Counted from the first letter of the whole stretch, positions 35,490 to 49,431 are shown. The stretch: DNA of 63,999 nt, filler included, from Basidiobolus ranarum (GCA_040143965.1; 20 parts of 20 records of this genome joined end to end with filler, not necessarily neighbours in it), one strand, 5' to 3'. Program-made: numbers and translations. Notes: a model not told the origin generated them from the sequence alone.

Positions 35490-37270
35490 AACATGAGATA
35501 AATTTAGTGCATTTGGCACAGATCTTGCCATTTCTTTTATAGTCCTGTTAGTTCTTTTAGCAACTCCATTTTTCTGAGGTGAATAGGGAGTAGTAGCTTC
35601 ATGCTTAATTCCATAAACTTTGCAGAAGTGATTTTATAGTGTTGAAGTATATTCTCCACAATTGTTAGTACATATTTTCCTGATCTTAGTCTCAGTTTCA
35701 GTCTCCACAAGATTTTTAAAATATCTAAAGATAGAGAGCTTCTTCTTTTCTTTCCATAGGGTAGATCCAACTGTATCTTGTATGGTTGTCAATAAATGTA
35801 TCAAAATATCTTTTTCCACTGATGGATAAATTTTGCATAGATCCATATGTATCTGAATGAATTAAATCCAAATTTTTAACAGATTAGATTAAATTAGAAC
35901 TCTTCATTATCTCCATGGCTGGTTTTCCATATGTACAACCCTCACAAATTTCCCCTTTAGTTGGGTGGTTACTTTAAATTACAGAAATTAGTTAATTTTT
36001 AATCATTTTTCTTAAATAATCAAATCTAAAGTGTCCCAGTCTGTTATACCATAATTGAATAGTTTCTTGAAGGGAATGACTTATGTTTACACATAAACCC
36101 CTTGATTTATGTGTCAGCTTGTATGAGTTCTGATCCTTTTCATCTAAAACTAAATAGTTCACATCTAGATCAATGATGATATGTCCTGACTTATCAAATT
36201 GAATTTTAATCCTTCTGAGGTTGCCTTGTATACAAATATTATAATCTTGGCAATATCTGGAACATGTAGCACATCCTTAAAGGTATATAGTTTCTCTTCA
36301 GAAGCATCAGTAAAATTGACTTGAATTGTCCTCATTCTATTGGCATCTAATTTATGGCCATCTCCAACAAGAGCCTTTCTATTTAGGATTTATTCATAAT
36401 CCACAAACCAATGTTTTTCTTTGATGAAATGTTAGGAAGCGCCAGAATCAATATATAGCATGTGAGAATCCTTGTTATTGGTCATAGATAGAGCAGATAT
36501 GAGCAAGTGATCCTCTGTTATAGCCACACTTCCAGATTCAGTATGTTTTTCTCCTTTGATAATTCTTTTAGAGCAATCTTTGCTTAAATGGCCAGTTCTT
36601 TCACCATAATCTCAGATTATGCTGCTTTTATTTTTTAAGTGCTTTTCACCTCTATATGAAGGTTCTCTATAGCCTATTTATGCATTTTCTCATTCCTTTG
36701 GTTAGATCTTTATTTGCATAAATTGCCATCCAGTTGTCTGCCAAATACATGATTTAAGGTCATATTTCTAGTTCTTGATTCTGGAGTCATCACTAGGCTA
36801 TGAAACTTGTGTGCCAGGCCATTTAGGACTGTAACTATAATATCTGGATAATTAGTTACATCCAATTTTTCAAAAGAGGGAAAAGTGTCAGAAATTTGAC
36901 AAGTAGAGAATACAGAGAGTGCAAGCTTGGGCTCATAACCTCTTAAAGTATTTTGGGAGCCTGTTGGAAGTAGTTTGCATAGTTCAAGAAATTGTTGGTT
37001 TTCAATTAGTGATTTATTGAGTTGAAAGTTGCTATTTATAGTTTTGTCAAGGTTTTAACAAACTAACATGTAGAATGTGTCAATGAAGGTCTCAGGAGCA
37101 TGCATGCAAAGTGTGAGGCTTCTAGCACAAGTTATGAAAATCTATATAGCCCAGAATTTTTAAGTAAATTCTCTTGAGAATGATGGGTGAAATCTTAGTG
37201 AAATATTGAAAATTAAATACTTAGCTATATATATGATTATATAGGTGCTTAGGCAATGCTAATTTCAACA
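35490..37270 (-). mobile_element. 5' half of a Copia element, family A: 5' LTR (37270-36941), PBS (36940-36929), decayed gag-protease-integrase
   Basis: LTR-A is followed by GGTTATGAGCCC, then YIDSGAS protease and ICTNNCGEY integrase remnants. Confidence 0.9.
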
Positions 37271-38087
37271 GCTTCAATGTATATAATCTTACTTAATATA
37301 ATTGGGTTTTAAGTACAACTTCCTCAGCTTGTCTAAATATGTTATATACTTCAAATGAATTTTTGATAGTTAATGCTAGTCAATACTAATTCTCAGTTAG
37401 TGGAACTCACTTGATATGACGATTTCTGAAACCTTCACGTGCTTGGATGGTGCATAATTAATAGCTCATCACATAATCACGTACTCAGAATACAGATCGA
37501 GAGAACTTGAACTACCTGCTGGCCACGTGATAATGTAAGCAAAGGATGTTTATTGATTTAAGTGTACTTCCAATACCCTATCAGATGATCACACCCTGAC
37601 GCTCGTTGGCATGTGATACTGGTCTCACAATTCTTATTTTCATATGAATATTCGTGTTAGCGGAGATTCATGTGAGTTCAACTATAACATCCGCCCATAT
37701 AGAGAGTAGTACATCTAAATTAGTAAAAAAAGGTACCCTGGAGTGACCACTTTTTTCCTAGCAATGAATCAACAATAGGATAATTAAATGAACAACATGG
37801 AATGAGGTCAGCTAAATCCACACCTGCTCTTGAACATCGCTACACAAATAGATAATATTCCTTTTTATTGACCCCTACTGCAATTTTGACACCCCTCACT
37901 TTATGACAACTCCTTGTAACTAAGACTGTCTAATTTCTTATACCAATACTACGACATTTTCTTTTCACCTGTGGACCTCAAAAAAAGAAAGTTGACTTCG
38001 TGTATATCCACCGTTCATACCTACAGCCCTTCAAACTTACCACAAAAGCATTAGGAAGGCTTTAGCGTTTCTATTGTAGACTGAAAA

Positions 38088-38477
38088 ATGCCCAATGTTC
38101 AGTCTACTCTACGACTGGTTTCCAAGCGGGCCGAGCTTACCGCTGCTCGTATGAGCCCGTTGGTCCAGTTGATCATACAGAAATACATTCGTAACAAAAC
38201 TTCCATAAAGCGGTCCATCATGGGGCTCATCTTACTCGCCATGACATATCGAATCAAAAACGTCCTTTATGGCTCGAATGAGAAAGCAAAAGACAAAAAA
38301 TCCGACAAACCTGGTCGTGTGGAGGTAAGTTTCTTTAAGCTATAATGAAATGGAGAATATAGTCTAAAAAACGAATCTCTTTCATAGGTGGATAGAGAAT
38401 ATTTTCAAAGACTCTTTAGTCTCCTTAAAATTATAATACCTGGAGTCAAATCTAAAGAGTTTTGGCTACTTTTGATG
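38088..38477 (+). CDS. Peroxisomal ABC transporter subfamily D (Pxa2/PMP70-like), N-terminus (3'-truncated)
   Basis: Exon 38088-38324, GT-AG intron 38325-38387, exon 38388-38477 give ..[36 protein letters not shown], the start of the ABC_membrane_2 domain. Confidence 0.8.
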
Positions 38478-38577
38478 NNNNNNNNNNNNNNNNNNNNNNN
38501 NNNNNNNNNNNNNNNNNNNNNTTAATTAATTAANNNNNNNNNNNNNNNNNNNNNNNNNNNNNNNNNNNNNNNNNNNN

Positions 38578-39216
38578 GCAGTTTTAGCTCTTGAACATTG
38601 AATTAGCAATTTGTTTTTAACATTAAGACAAATTGTGTTAAAGGCACTTTGTTCTTTTTTAACCTGGAGTAAAACTTTGGTTTCAGATAGTTTTGCTTTG
38701 TTTTCTTCTCCTACAATAGTGTCCCAAAGTCCTTTTTCTTGCAGCAGCATTTTCATTTTATTTTTCCAAACTTGATAAGTGGTTCAATCCAATTTTTGAG
38801 AAGAGGGAAAAGTTGCATAAATTTGAGAAGTAGACAATACAGAGAATTCAAGCTTGGGGCTCTTTACCTGTTAAAGTAGTTGGGAGCCTGTTGGAGGTGG
38901 TTTGGAGAATTAGAGGAATTGGTGGTTTGCACTTATTGATTAATTGAGTAGAAAGTTGAAATTGATAGTTTTGTGAAGATGTAAGCAAACTAAAGTGTAA
39001 AATGTGTTACAGAAGGTCCTAGGAACATATGTGGAAAGTTTGGGGCTTCTAGCACAAGTTTGAAAAAACTATATATCTGAGAACTTCTGAGTTAGTAAAA
39101 ATACTCTAAGTAAATTCTGATTGAGAATAATTGATGATACCTTGATAAATTATAAGATAACTAAGTACTAAGCTATGTATGACTATATAGGTGTTAAGGC
39201 AATGCTAATTTCAACA
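38578..39216 (-). mobile_element. Copia family A 5' LTR (39216-38869), degenerate PBS and gag N-terminus
   Basis: LTR-A, then GGTAAAGAGCCC, then YQVWKNKMKMLLQEKGLWDTIVG (DUF4219-like Gag start). Confidence 0.9.
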
Positions 39217-39357
39217 AAAGCCTGCCTCTCTAATAAGCTGGTAATTATCTTGAAGAATCAAAGAAATCTTTATCCTGGACCAAGTCTCCAATAACTGTAC
39301 TTATTATAAACCCCCTGTTAGATCTATGGATGCAAACTAAGAATCTCTTTCCAAACC

Positions 39358-41505
39358 TATTGGAGGATCTTGACATAATGGTAGTAGACTTTGTATATTA
39401 GAAGCAACTTAAGATAGCATGTTTTTATTACTTTATTCTTAAGAGCATATGGTGACTTATATAGTAAAACAGTAATTCAATTGTTTGAGATATTCAGGAG
39501 TTTGTGTAATAAGATATAATAGATTAGAAGGGTTAATAAGACATACTTGTTCTATAGATATAGAGATATTCCTATTTAGAATATAAGGGCTATAGATATG
39601 TTGCTTTCTGTCTCTGATAAATGCATGAAAACTAAATTTGACCAGATGTTGAATAAAGAATAATTATCCAACCCCTTCCCTTAACTTTTATTCAGGAATG
39701 TGCTTGAATTCACTAAAGCCTATTCCTACTTTTAACTTATCAAAGCTTGAAGTTTTAAGTAGCTTTGATAGTATATCTGCAAGAATGTTTCAGTATTACA
39801 ATAAATAAAGTTCACTTTGTAGTCTTGAACTTTCACTTGAATGAAATGATGTCTTTTGTCAATATGTTTCATCCTTGAGTGATGCTCAGGATTTTGGGTG
39901 ATCTGAATACAACTAATATTATGTTGATATATTGCACTACAATTAACTTGATCATATCCTAGTTCTTTGAAAAGACTCCTTGGGCATATAGCTTCTTTAA
40001 CAGCCATAGAGCTTGCCATATATTCTGCTTCTGTAGGTGATAATGCAGCAGTTTGTTGTGTCTTACTAACCCTACTTATTGGTTCACCTGCTGGCTGCAA
40101 CACATATCCAGTTCTGGACTTATGGTCTTCTGTATTGTTAGCCAGTCTGCTTCAGCATATCCTTCCAAAGTAAGTGATATGTTGTATCTGCTTACAAAAT
40201 AGAATTCCATGAGGTAATGTTCCTTTTGGATAGCATATTATCACTTTCTCAGCTATCCAGTGTTCCATAGCAGGATTTTCCATATATTTGCTTACTATGT
40301 TTACTACTGTAACATCATCAGGCCTAGTACCATTTGTTGCATATATGTGACTTCCAATGGCACTATGGTAAGGTATGTGTTATTAGGAACATATGGGCTA
40401 TTTGGAGGAACTTTAGAAAATTGGAGTTGTGAATAGCTTTGTGAGATAATTATTTATTGTCCAGAAATAAAGTATTTATACATTTTGGTGGTAATAGAGA
40501 GAACTAGCACTGGGGCTATGTTCGGAACATCTGTGGGAGTAAAATGAGCTATCTTTGGGGCAATTTGGACAAGTTTGAAATTTCCAATATGGAATTGCTA
40601 ATTCTCGCATTATTCACATATATATATAATATATGTTCCAATTTTCACTTAAGTAATATTTGACTAAGTAACATTGACTAACTTATATGTGATATATGAA
40701 ATAGTTAGATGTATAAAAATTGAGATAACAAATATGTTAAAGACAATAAACTTCAACATATGTTTCTTGATTCCAATATCTTCACAGGGCTTAGGTTGCA
40801 TATCCTTAATGAGTTTCAGCATTTGTAGTGGATTTGAAGCTGTCTTACATTCTGACATATAGAATCTGTTTAAAACATTTCCAATAAATTTTTCTTGTGT
40901 AATGGAGAGTGTTCCAATATTAGAATTTTGATGTATCTGCATTCCAAGACAATATGCTAGTAATCTAAAATCTTGCATTTCAAACTTGGCATATATCAGG
41001 TCTTAGCTTGTTTCATCAGACTTGAGCAATCACTAGCTATTAGGATATCATCAACATAGAATGAAATTAAAACTTTGGTGTCTTTGCTAGTCTTCAAGTA
41101 TATGCAGTGATCAGCTTTGCTATATTGTAAATGATGTTTCATGAAGATCTGATTGATATTGGTATTCCATGTGTGAGGAGCCTATTTCAGACCACACAGA
41201 CTTCTCTGTAGTTTACATACTTGATGTTCTTTTCCTCCTCCCATATATTCCTCTGGTTGATTCATGTGCATATCTTCATCCACTTCTCCATTATGGTATG
41301 CTGTCTTAACATCCATTTGTTCAATTGGCATTCCTTGGTGGGTAGCAATAGCTAAGATTAGTCTGATTAAGGTAAACTTAGCAATGGGAGAAAACATTTC
41401 ATCATAGTCAATGCCAGGTTTCTGAGCATAGCCTTTTACTACTAATCTTGGTGTGTACCAGTTGATAGATCTATCTGAGATAAATTTCAGTTTCAGCATG
41501 CATTT
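39358..41505 (-). mobile_element. Copia RT-RNase H remnant with PPT and 3' LTR (family D, about 39358-39673)
   Basis: [41 protein letters not shown] and HSRMKHIDKRHHFI. Purine tract AAGGGAAGGGG precedes the LTR. Confidence 0.9.
40381..40758 (-). mobile_element. Solo LTR, family C, nested in Copia RT
   Basis: Reverse-complement match to 46780-47156. Flanks TGTGT/TATGT. Confidence 0.85.
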
Positions 41506-41683
41506 CCTTAACAAAAATAAAGTCAATTTGATCCGGATTGGATCCACCCTCCCAAATAGCAAAACCATCAGAGAACCGGCACCATATTGTTTGCTTGCAT
41601 TCTGCCAGGGATTTTGATGATGTGACAGCAGTTTCTTGACGGTATCTTAATGGTATTCATACACGTTAAAATATTGATCCTCA
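41506..41683 (-). mobile_element. 3' terminus of CMC/EnSpm element
   Basis: Matches 14113-14280. Confidence 0.85.
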
Positions 41684-41783
41684 NNNNNNNNNNNNNNNNN
41701 NNNNNNNNNNNNNNNNNNNNNNNNNNNTTAATTAATTAANNNNNNNNNNNNNNNNNNNNNNNNNNNNNNNNNNNNNNNNNNNN

Positions 41784-44225
41784 TGCTGCAACACAAATCT
41801 TGAAAGAAAAGCTGCTATTATTGTCACAAATTCTTGTGCTATGCAAGCAGGATGCTACATAGAACTATAATCACAAGCATGGTCATGGTAAAAGCCACTG
41901 ACTGCACAAGGCCTGGCAAATATCAATAGTTATAAGTACACAAAATCAACTTTTGCTTTTCCCACTGAGTCCACTGGCTGTGCTTTACCTTATAGTTTTG
42001 GTAGCACTGCTGAATGTTAAGATAGCATAGAGATACCACAGTTATTTAACCAGAATGCTGTAGGTAGAAATTCAATTTTGTTCAAACCAGTAAGTCCAGA
42101 CAACCTTGAGGAGATATTGGTAGATGTGAACCTTGATTATTCCGGTAATGATGGTAGTATATCAGAAGATGAAGAAGAAGACCATGGTCTTGTTATGGAC
42201 TCTTTGTTATTGGTAAGCATCAGTCCACTCATAACACTTACAGTAAAAAGAGCAGCTCTAATTATTGAGTAGTGGATAGTTCACTCCAATATTGGCAACC
42301 AGATTCCATTGGTTTTCTAACACTTTTATCATAGTTGTTTGGCAACTGTTGCTTGCCACAGACCTGGTACAAGTGGAAAACACTGGTCAATTGTAGGACT
42401 TATAATCCTTCAGTGATTAGACTACATTCATGTCCAAATGGTTGTTTGGCTTTCACCAGTGATCTGAATACCTGAAGTTATGTACTGTTTGCACACAATT
42501 GGCAATTGCTGAAACAGGTAAGCAATGTTCATATATGGCTTACATACCATTGATTCCCTATCTGAAGTTATGATCAAATTACACAAATATAGATCAATGC
42601 TCTGGTAAATAAGTACTCACTGTAAAGCTGATGATATTACTTATGTACTTGAGGGATGCTGCTACCAGAATCTGAAAAGTCAAGGTTTCTTTGAGAACAA
42701 ATAGGATCATGCAATTGTATTGGCTCTGGCTGCTTTCTCAATAAACAAACATACTGTTGAAAAGGCTTGCTGGCCAACAATTTTAACTAACTTAAATACT
42801 CCTCCTTCTCAACAGTGTAAGAGTTATGATATTTTTATACCATCTACCATATCTGGGCCTAAATCACTAGTACTTATAGGTAGCTTCTTGAAGCATTTGA
42901 TTGAAGAATTTGAATGGTTATCTGATGGGGTTCAGATGGTGAATATTTTATTAAAGCTAATATCATTGTATGTATTGGTGACACTCCTGCCATCAGTAAA
43001 CTTGGAGGTTTTTGCAGGCACAATGCACTATCTTGCTGTAGAGTATATCAAGTCAATGGAGTTTACTCTACCAGGAATATGATTAATAATATCTAAGTAT
43101 AACACTAAGCTCCATGATGTTACCAACAAGGGCCTGGTAAGATTTAATATGGCTGTAGAGATCAATTCACCAAATGGTAAGCCTAAAAACCAACTTGGGA
43201 TTAGCCATAAGCCTAAGATTATATTGCTAAAGGAGATCAGCTGGAGCCCAAGCCTCCCATTAGACACTATGTACTTACTATTCTACAGCATTCTGATACT
43301 ACTTACAGAGCAGTAGAGTGGAAAATTTGATCCAAATGAGTTGTTCAAGAAAGGATCAGAGTTTGAAATGATTAGGAAAATGCTTGAAAATGTTAACATA
43401 CCATCATATCTTACCTGAACTCCTATCAATATTCACTAATCTAGGCATGTATTCAAATATGAAGACTGGAAGCATTAGATTTGTATATATTCAAGAGAAA
43501 TTTTGAAGTGAATTCTGCCTAATAAGTATTGGCAACATTGGGAGTTGTTTGAGGATATTTTTAATATATTCTTATAGCATCATCTCTCATTAGTTGATCT
43601 CAGGCAAATACAGTGACTGAGCAAAGATTTTGTAATTGGATATGAAAAAGTTCATTACAGGCTTAAAGAAGATAAACTGAATCTATGCTGGTTTGCAGTA
43701 CATACCCTGCTGCATATATGACAAAGCTTAAAGCTTATGGGCCCTTGCTATACATTCTGGGATATCCTACAGGAGCACAACTGCCATGGAATGATGCTGC
43801 ATGGAAATTGTCAATATTACTGTATGCTAATCTAATTGAAATTGGGTCAGCAAAATCAGTGATGGATGTAATGCAATATGTTAAGGAGACTCCAGACTGT
43901 ATTAACTCCCCAACAAAGGGCTTATTTCAATGTGCTTTGGGGCTTTTGCATTGTTTGAGCACAATAACTACAACAAACTCAATCCATACACTAAGACTGA
44001 GTATCTGTATAATTTGGACTAATTTGTGTATGTGATAATCTACAGTATATCTAGGAAAGCTGCAAGACAGACTTCTGGGTGAGATAAATCAAAGTACCCA
44101 ATAATATTACTTTAGCCATGAGGTATTTATTCAAGCAAAGCCATATCTATTTCTAACCCAAAATATGTTGCCTGCAAGTTTGGGAAATTTTGACGGAATT
44201 CTCTACAGATATTTGTCAAAATCAA
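41784..44225 (+). mobile_element. Decayed CMC/EnSpm transposase
   Basis: IHVQMVVWLSPVI/HSCPNGC-type N-terminal region, CWPTILTNLNTPP and ISGPKSLVLIGSFL. Reverse-complement homology to 14700-15997. Confidence 0.88.
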
Positions 44226-44586
44226 GAAAGCAGCTAAAGATGGACTCACACACCAGAAGACAGTAGACCCAAGGGAAAAGCAGAGGAGCCAGTGAGTTTA
44301 GGCTCTACTGTCTGACTGATCAAATCTTTCACACCATTACAAAGAACTGTCTTTCCAGAGTCAGATATACCATCAAATATACTGTGGAAATTAGAAATTG
44401 GACAAGGACTGGAAACAGATATATGAGGCTAGAGAGCAGGAGGATACTTGGGTGTTGATCACAAATAAGACAAGACAAGACTGGACAGAAAAGATACTTT
44501 GCAAGAATCTTTATTGATAACTGGTGCTCATCTGACTGAGGTCTGACAAGGAAAACTAGGAGCCTATTTAGATATTGCAGGGTATA

Positions 44587-44888
44587 CCCTAACAAAAATA
44601 AAATCGATTTGATATGGATTGAATCCACCCTCCAAAATAGCAAAACCATCAGAGAACCATTGCAATATTGTTGGCTTGCATTCTGCCAGGTATTTTAATG
44701 GTGTGATGGTGGTTTCTTTACAGTATCTTAACGGTATTCATACATGTTAAAATATTGATCCTCAAATATGGCATGCTTTATTCAATATCCAGCAATTTTT
44801 GCAAAAATATAATTTTCAAATGGCAAATTACTGGGTTTACTGCTGTAGGAATTCAAATTAATATGCATGCCTTTATTTAGATATTTTA
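44587..44888 (-). mobile_element. 3' terminus of CMC/EnSpm element
   Basis: CCCTAACAAAAATAAAATCG, matching 14113-14402. Confidence 0.88.
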
Positions 44889-44988
44889 NNNNNNNNNNNN
44901 NNNNNNNNNNNNNNNNNNNNNNNNNNNNNNNNTTAATTAATTAANNNNNNNNNNNNNNNNNNNNNNNNNNNNNNNNNNNNNNNNNNNN

Positions 44989-45080
44989 TATTGAAATTAT
45001 TAAGGGAGAAATATTGGTCTGGTCAGGATTTGAACCTGGGACTTCTTTCACTCTAGCAAGGTGCTACCAGACTTTCAACA
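44989..45080 (-). mobile_element. 92-bp internally deleted tRNA-TRIM LTR
   Basis: Minus strand TGTTGAAAGTCTGGTAGCACCTTGCTAGAGTGAAAGAAGTCCCAGGTTCAAATCCTGACCAGACCAATATTTCTCCCTTAATAATTTCAATA. Both LTR ends and the B box are retained. Confidence 0.85.
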
Positions 45081-47156
45081 AATTTCCCATGCAAGGAGAT
45101 CCAATCAGATGAGATCTTGCCTGATTACTACTCTCACACTAGCCAAAAGGAGCCTAGTGCTAATTTAGCCATTTTTGATGAACCCAAATCAGTACAGGAG
45201 GCAATGGAGAGTCCCAACACAAAGTTTTGGAGTGCTGGAGTGGCAGAGGAGTATTGGTCACTCATAGATAACCAAGCTTGGACTTTGGTTAAATTACCTG
45301 GTGACCAAAAATCAATTGGAAGCAAATGGGTCTTTAAAGTTAAACAGCAAGCTGATGGATCTGTAGGAAGATATAAAGCCAGACTTGTGGCTTTAGGATA
45401 CTCTCAAATAGAAGGAGTGGACTACAATGGAACATTTGCTCCTGTAGCAAAGTTTAATTCCATCAGAACCATACTAGCAGTATCAGCAAAACACTGCTTA
45501 AAATTCCATCAAATGAATGTTAAAACTGCTTTTTTGAACAGGGACTTGGAAGAGAATTTATTGATGGATCACCCAGATGGTTTGGTGGATCCTGAGCTTC
45601 CTGAGGACTTGTGTAAGCTACAAAAATGACTTTATAGACTTAAACAATCACCCAGGGCCTGGTACACTAAGACAGACTCATATTTGGAATCACTTGATTT
45701 CCAATAGAGTATGGCAGATTTTGGGATCTACTTTAGGACAGATAAGGACAGTAGAATGAAACTTGCCTTATATGTAAATGATCTGATTATAGCTACCAAT
45801 AATGATGAAGCTCTCAGGAACACCAAAAGAGATCTACCAGTTCTATTCAAGATGACCAATTTGGGTGAACTTATTTTTTGGGCCTGCAGATTCATAGAGA
45901 TATATTGAGCAAATCTATGGTTCTGAATCAGACTAAATACATCCCAGACATTATCAGACATTACAGGATGGAGAATTGTAAGCCAGTAGCAACTCCCATG
46001 GATCCAGGTGTGAAACTAGTCAAAAATCCCATCAAAAATGATGAAAATTGGCCAAATATGGTTCAAAATATGTCATTTGAAAGCCTTGAGTTCCCTTATC
46101 AATCTATGGTAGGTAGTTTTATCTATGCTATGACTGGAACCTGGCCAAATATCTCTTTTGCAGTGGGAGTAGTTAGCCAATATGTGCACAACCCAGGATC
46201 TGAACATTTGGCAGCAGTTAAGTGGATTTTCAGATACTTAAAGAGGACAATTGATCTGGTTTTAGATACACTTATTCCTATGATAATCTAGATCTAATCA
46301 GGCTTAGTGATGCAGATTGGGGATGTGATATTGAGGACAAAAGATCTATCACTGGAAGTACCTTCCTCTATAGTGAAGCAGCCATATGTTGGAATAGCAA
46401 GAAACAACCCACTGTAGCTCCTTCAACAACTGAAGCAGAGTACATGGCAGCATCACATATAACAAAGGAGGCTATGTGGTTAAGGAAACTGTTCAAGCAC
46501 TAGGGCTTTTTATTAAAGTTCACCCACCATAAATTTCTAGAATAATCAAAGTTGTATTTCTTTAGCTAAAAATCCCAAATTTCATGCTAGAAGTAAGCAC
46601 ATTGCCATTCAACATCACTTTGTTAGGGAAGCTATTGAGAATAAGCACATCCAACTAGAGTACTGTCCAAATGAGGACATGATTTCTGACATCCTTACCA
46701 ACCCATTACCCAAGCCCAAATTTGAAGAATTAAGATTTAAGTTAGGATTGAGATATATGAATATTTAGTTGAGTGGGAGTGTTGAAGTATATTGTCTTTA
46801 TCTTATTTGTTATCTCTATCTTTTTACACTTAACCATTTTACATATCACATATAAGTTAGTTAACATTACTTACTTATTTATCACTCAGTTAAAAATTGG
46901 AACATATATTATATATATATGTGAATAATATGAGAATTAGCATTTTATATTTGCAATTTCAAACTTGTCCAAATTGCCCCAAGTACAGCTCATTTTACTC
47001 CCACAGATGTTCTGAACACAACCCCAGTGTTAGTTTTCAGTATTTCCATCAAAATGCAAAAATGCTTTATTTCTGGACAATAAATATTCATCTCACAAAG
47101 CTATTCACAACTCCACTTTTCTAAAGTTCCTCCAAACAGCCCATATTTTCCCAATA
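45081..47156 (+). mobile_element. Copia RT-RNase H, PPT and 3' LTR (family C, 46780-47156)
   Basis: EPKSVQEAM, IGSKWVFKVK, YKARLVALGYSQIEGVDY, LYVNDLII, SDADWG and HARSKHIAIQHHFVRE. TTGAGTGGGAG is followed by TGTTGAAG. Confidence 0.95.
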
Positions 47157-49431
47157 GTTGATTCAGCAATGTTAATACAATGGTAGGTTTTGATGGAGTT
47201 ATTGTTACAAACTTGTGATGGATATGAACTAAACCTTGGGTATGAGCAACTCTATACAAATATTCCAGACAATATATCAAAGAAACTAGGGATTTTGAAG
47301 ATGACAATTTAATATTCAAGTAGCAAATGCGTAAAAATTGAGTTACATTTTTTGCACATGTGTTGATCTTTAGTTTTCTGTGATTGCAGCCAATCATTTA
47401 CAGTTATTTTGCAAGATCTTGAGATTTCACTACTAAAACCAAAAAAATTGATTAAAATCAAATCTAACCTGATGATTTTATTATGGTTAGTAAACAGTGA
47501 ATCCAAAATGTATTAAAAATGTGATGGTTTTCTTACAATAATAATTCTCCAATTTCTGTTAGGGCACATATAAATTCTGCAAATAAAAGGTTCTATCTGT
47601 TTCCTCTCACCTAATTAATTGATTAATTTGGCCACACACATGTGTATTTCTCTGACAGAACTTCCCTTTGCTTACTTTTTTAGAGTCCTATGCCAATATT
47701 ATGGGCTAAAATTGCAGTATATAGCACCAAGTATACAGTTATAGGAATTACAATCCATATGGCAAAATCCTACACATGTATAAAACAAATTGTTCCAAAG
47801 ACAACATGATTGTTATATCTTGCTATTGAAACCACAACAAATAATAAACTTAGGTAGTGCTCATTGACTATGGGCTTATGACAGCTTTGTATATATTGCA
47901 TAACACCAATGATAGCCCATGAGGACAGCTAGGGTTAAGTAATTCATACTTCTGGTAAATGCATTACCACTATTTGGACATATTGGTTTATGAGAAGTGG
48001 CGGGCTCATCAGTGAAATACCAGCCCAAAGCCTTCCACTTAAATCACATCTGGGGTAAGCTATCCCCAGTATTATATTTGGTAACATCTGCNNNNNNNNN
48101 NNNNNNNNNNNNNNNNNNNNNNNNNNNNNNNNNNNTTAATTAATTAANNNNNNNNNNNNNNNNNNNNNNNNNNNNNNNNNNNNNNNNNNNNAGAGTCAGA
48201 AGTTAAGAAAAAACAAGAAGGAAATATTAACCAAAATAAGTAATTATCTATGGCCTTGATTTGGGTACTGGCAGTAAGGTTTGAAATATCATGAATTCCT
48301 TGGTGCTGTATAAAAAGCATGACCTGGATGTTTTTATTTGCATATATCCAATATCATTTGAACACTCTCAGTTATCATCCTGCTCTTGATCAATTTCTTC
48401 TAGATAAGTGTTGCCACTGTTTCTCTGCTCATTCCAGCCAGTGCTGGTCCTAATCATAAAAATTATCATGGAATTGCTGCCAGTCCAGAGTATGTGGAGA
48501 TATATGCACATGCTAAAGCTTGTGGAGACATCTTTCCAGCCACTTTGGAAACTGTACCTGCTAGTATTGAAGACAGATTTAATGAATGTGTAATAATATT
48601 TGAAAACTTTATTACTAGTTCCTATCAGCCAGATGCTTTGTAGTAAGGTGTGGTGCAGACAGCAGTACTTCTGGAGGGGTACTAGCCAATGCAATTGGTC
48701 CCATTTTTGTTCTTTGTAAAGGTTGGGTAAAAGAAGAAAAGGAACATGGCTTTCACAGTGATGTCATCAAGCAAAGAGGAGACAAAGACATAAGTGGCTG
48801 CCAAAGTGGGTTCTGATGGAGAAGGGTAAATTTCTGCAAGTCATATATTTAGTTCTGGTTGATATTCATCCAGTGGGTCTATTAATATATTCCTGAAGAC
48901 AGGTCTGTCAGAAGGGAGCAGCATAGTGTTGGCAAAAGGATTGGTACCACATAATTCCTTGCTGTTATTAAAGTTACATGTCATTACATATTCATAAATG
49001 CACCTAGTGGTGCCCTTGAAGAATTCTTAAACAATGATTCTTTTGGCTAGAAGGATGCATGCATCTTTGCCTGAATAAATATTGATTGATTTTTTCCTCA
49101 CAATGCTGAGCTGTTTTCCCTAGTCTGATTAAATGAGTTTGTTGATGTCAATAGTGAGCAACAGTTTCTCTGCAGGGACTGATGTCTCAGAACTGGGATC
49201 ATCTCTAAAACTAGGATACATTGCTTTAGTATTAACTTGTGTAATTGGTCACCTTGATCTTTTGCATCAACTTTCCAAGTTTTAGTTCATTGTAGAGATT
49301 CACAAAATATAGATGTTCATAAATTCTTCTTCATCAACCATGATATCTGTTTGACTAGATTGTTTGTACAAAGCCCACATATCTGGCATAGTGCATTCTC
49401 TTGATTTCCTTTTGAACTTGCACACCATAAC

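Noticed and set aside
44226-44586. Purine-rich segment between CMC pieces, possibly a Gypsy LTR/PBS
   Set aside because: Termini and family could not be established.
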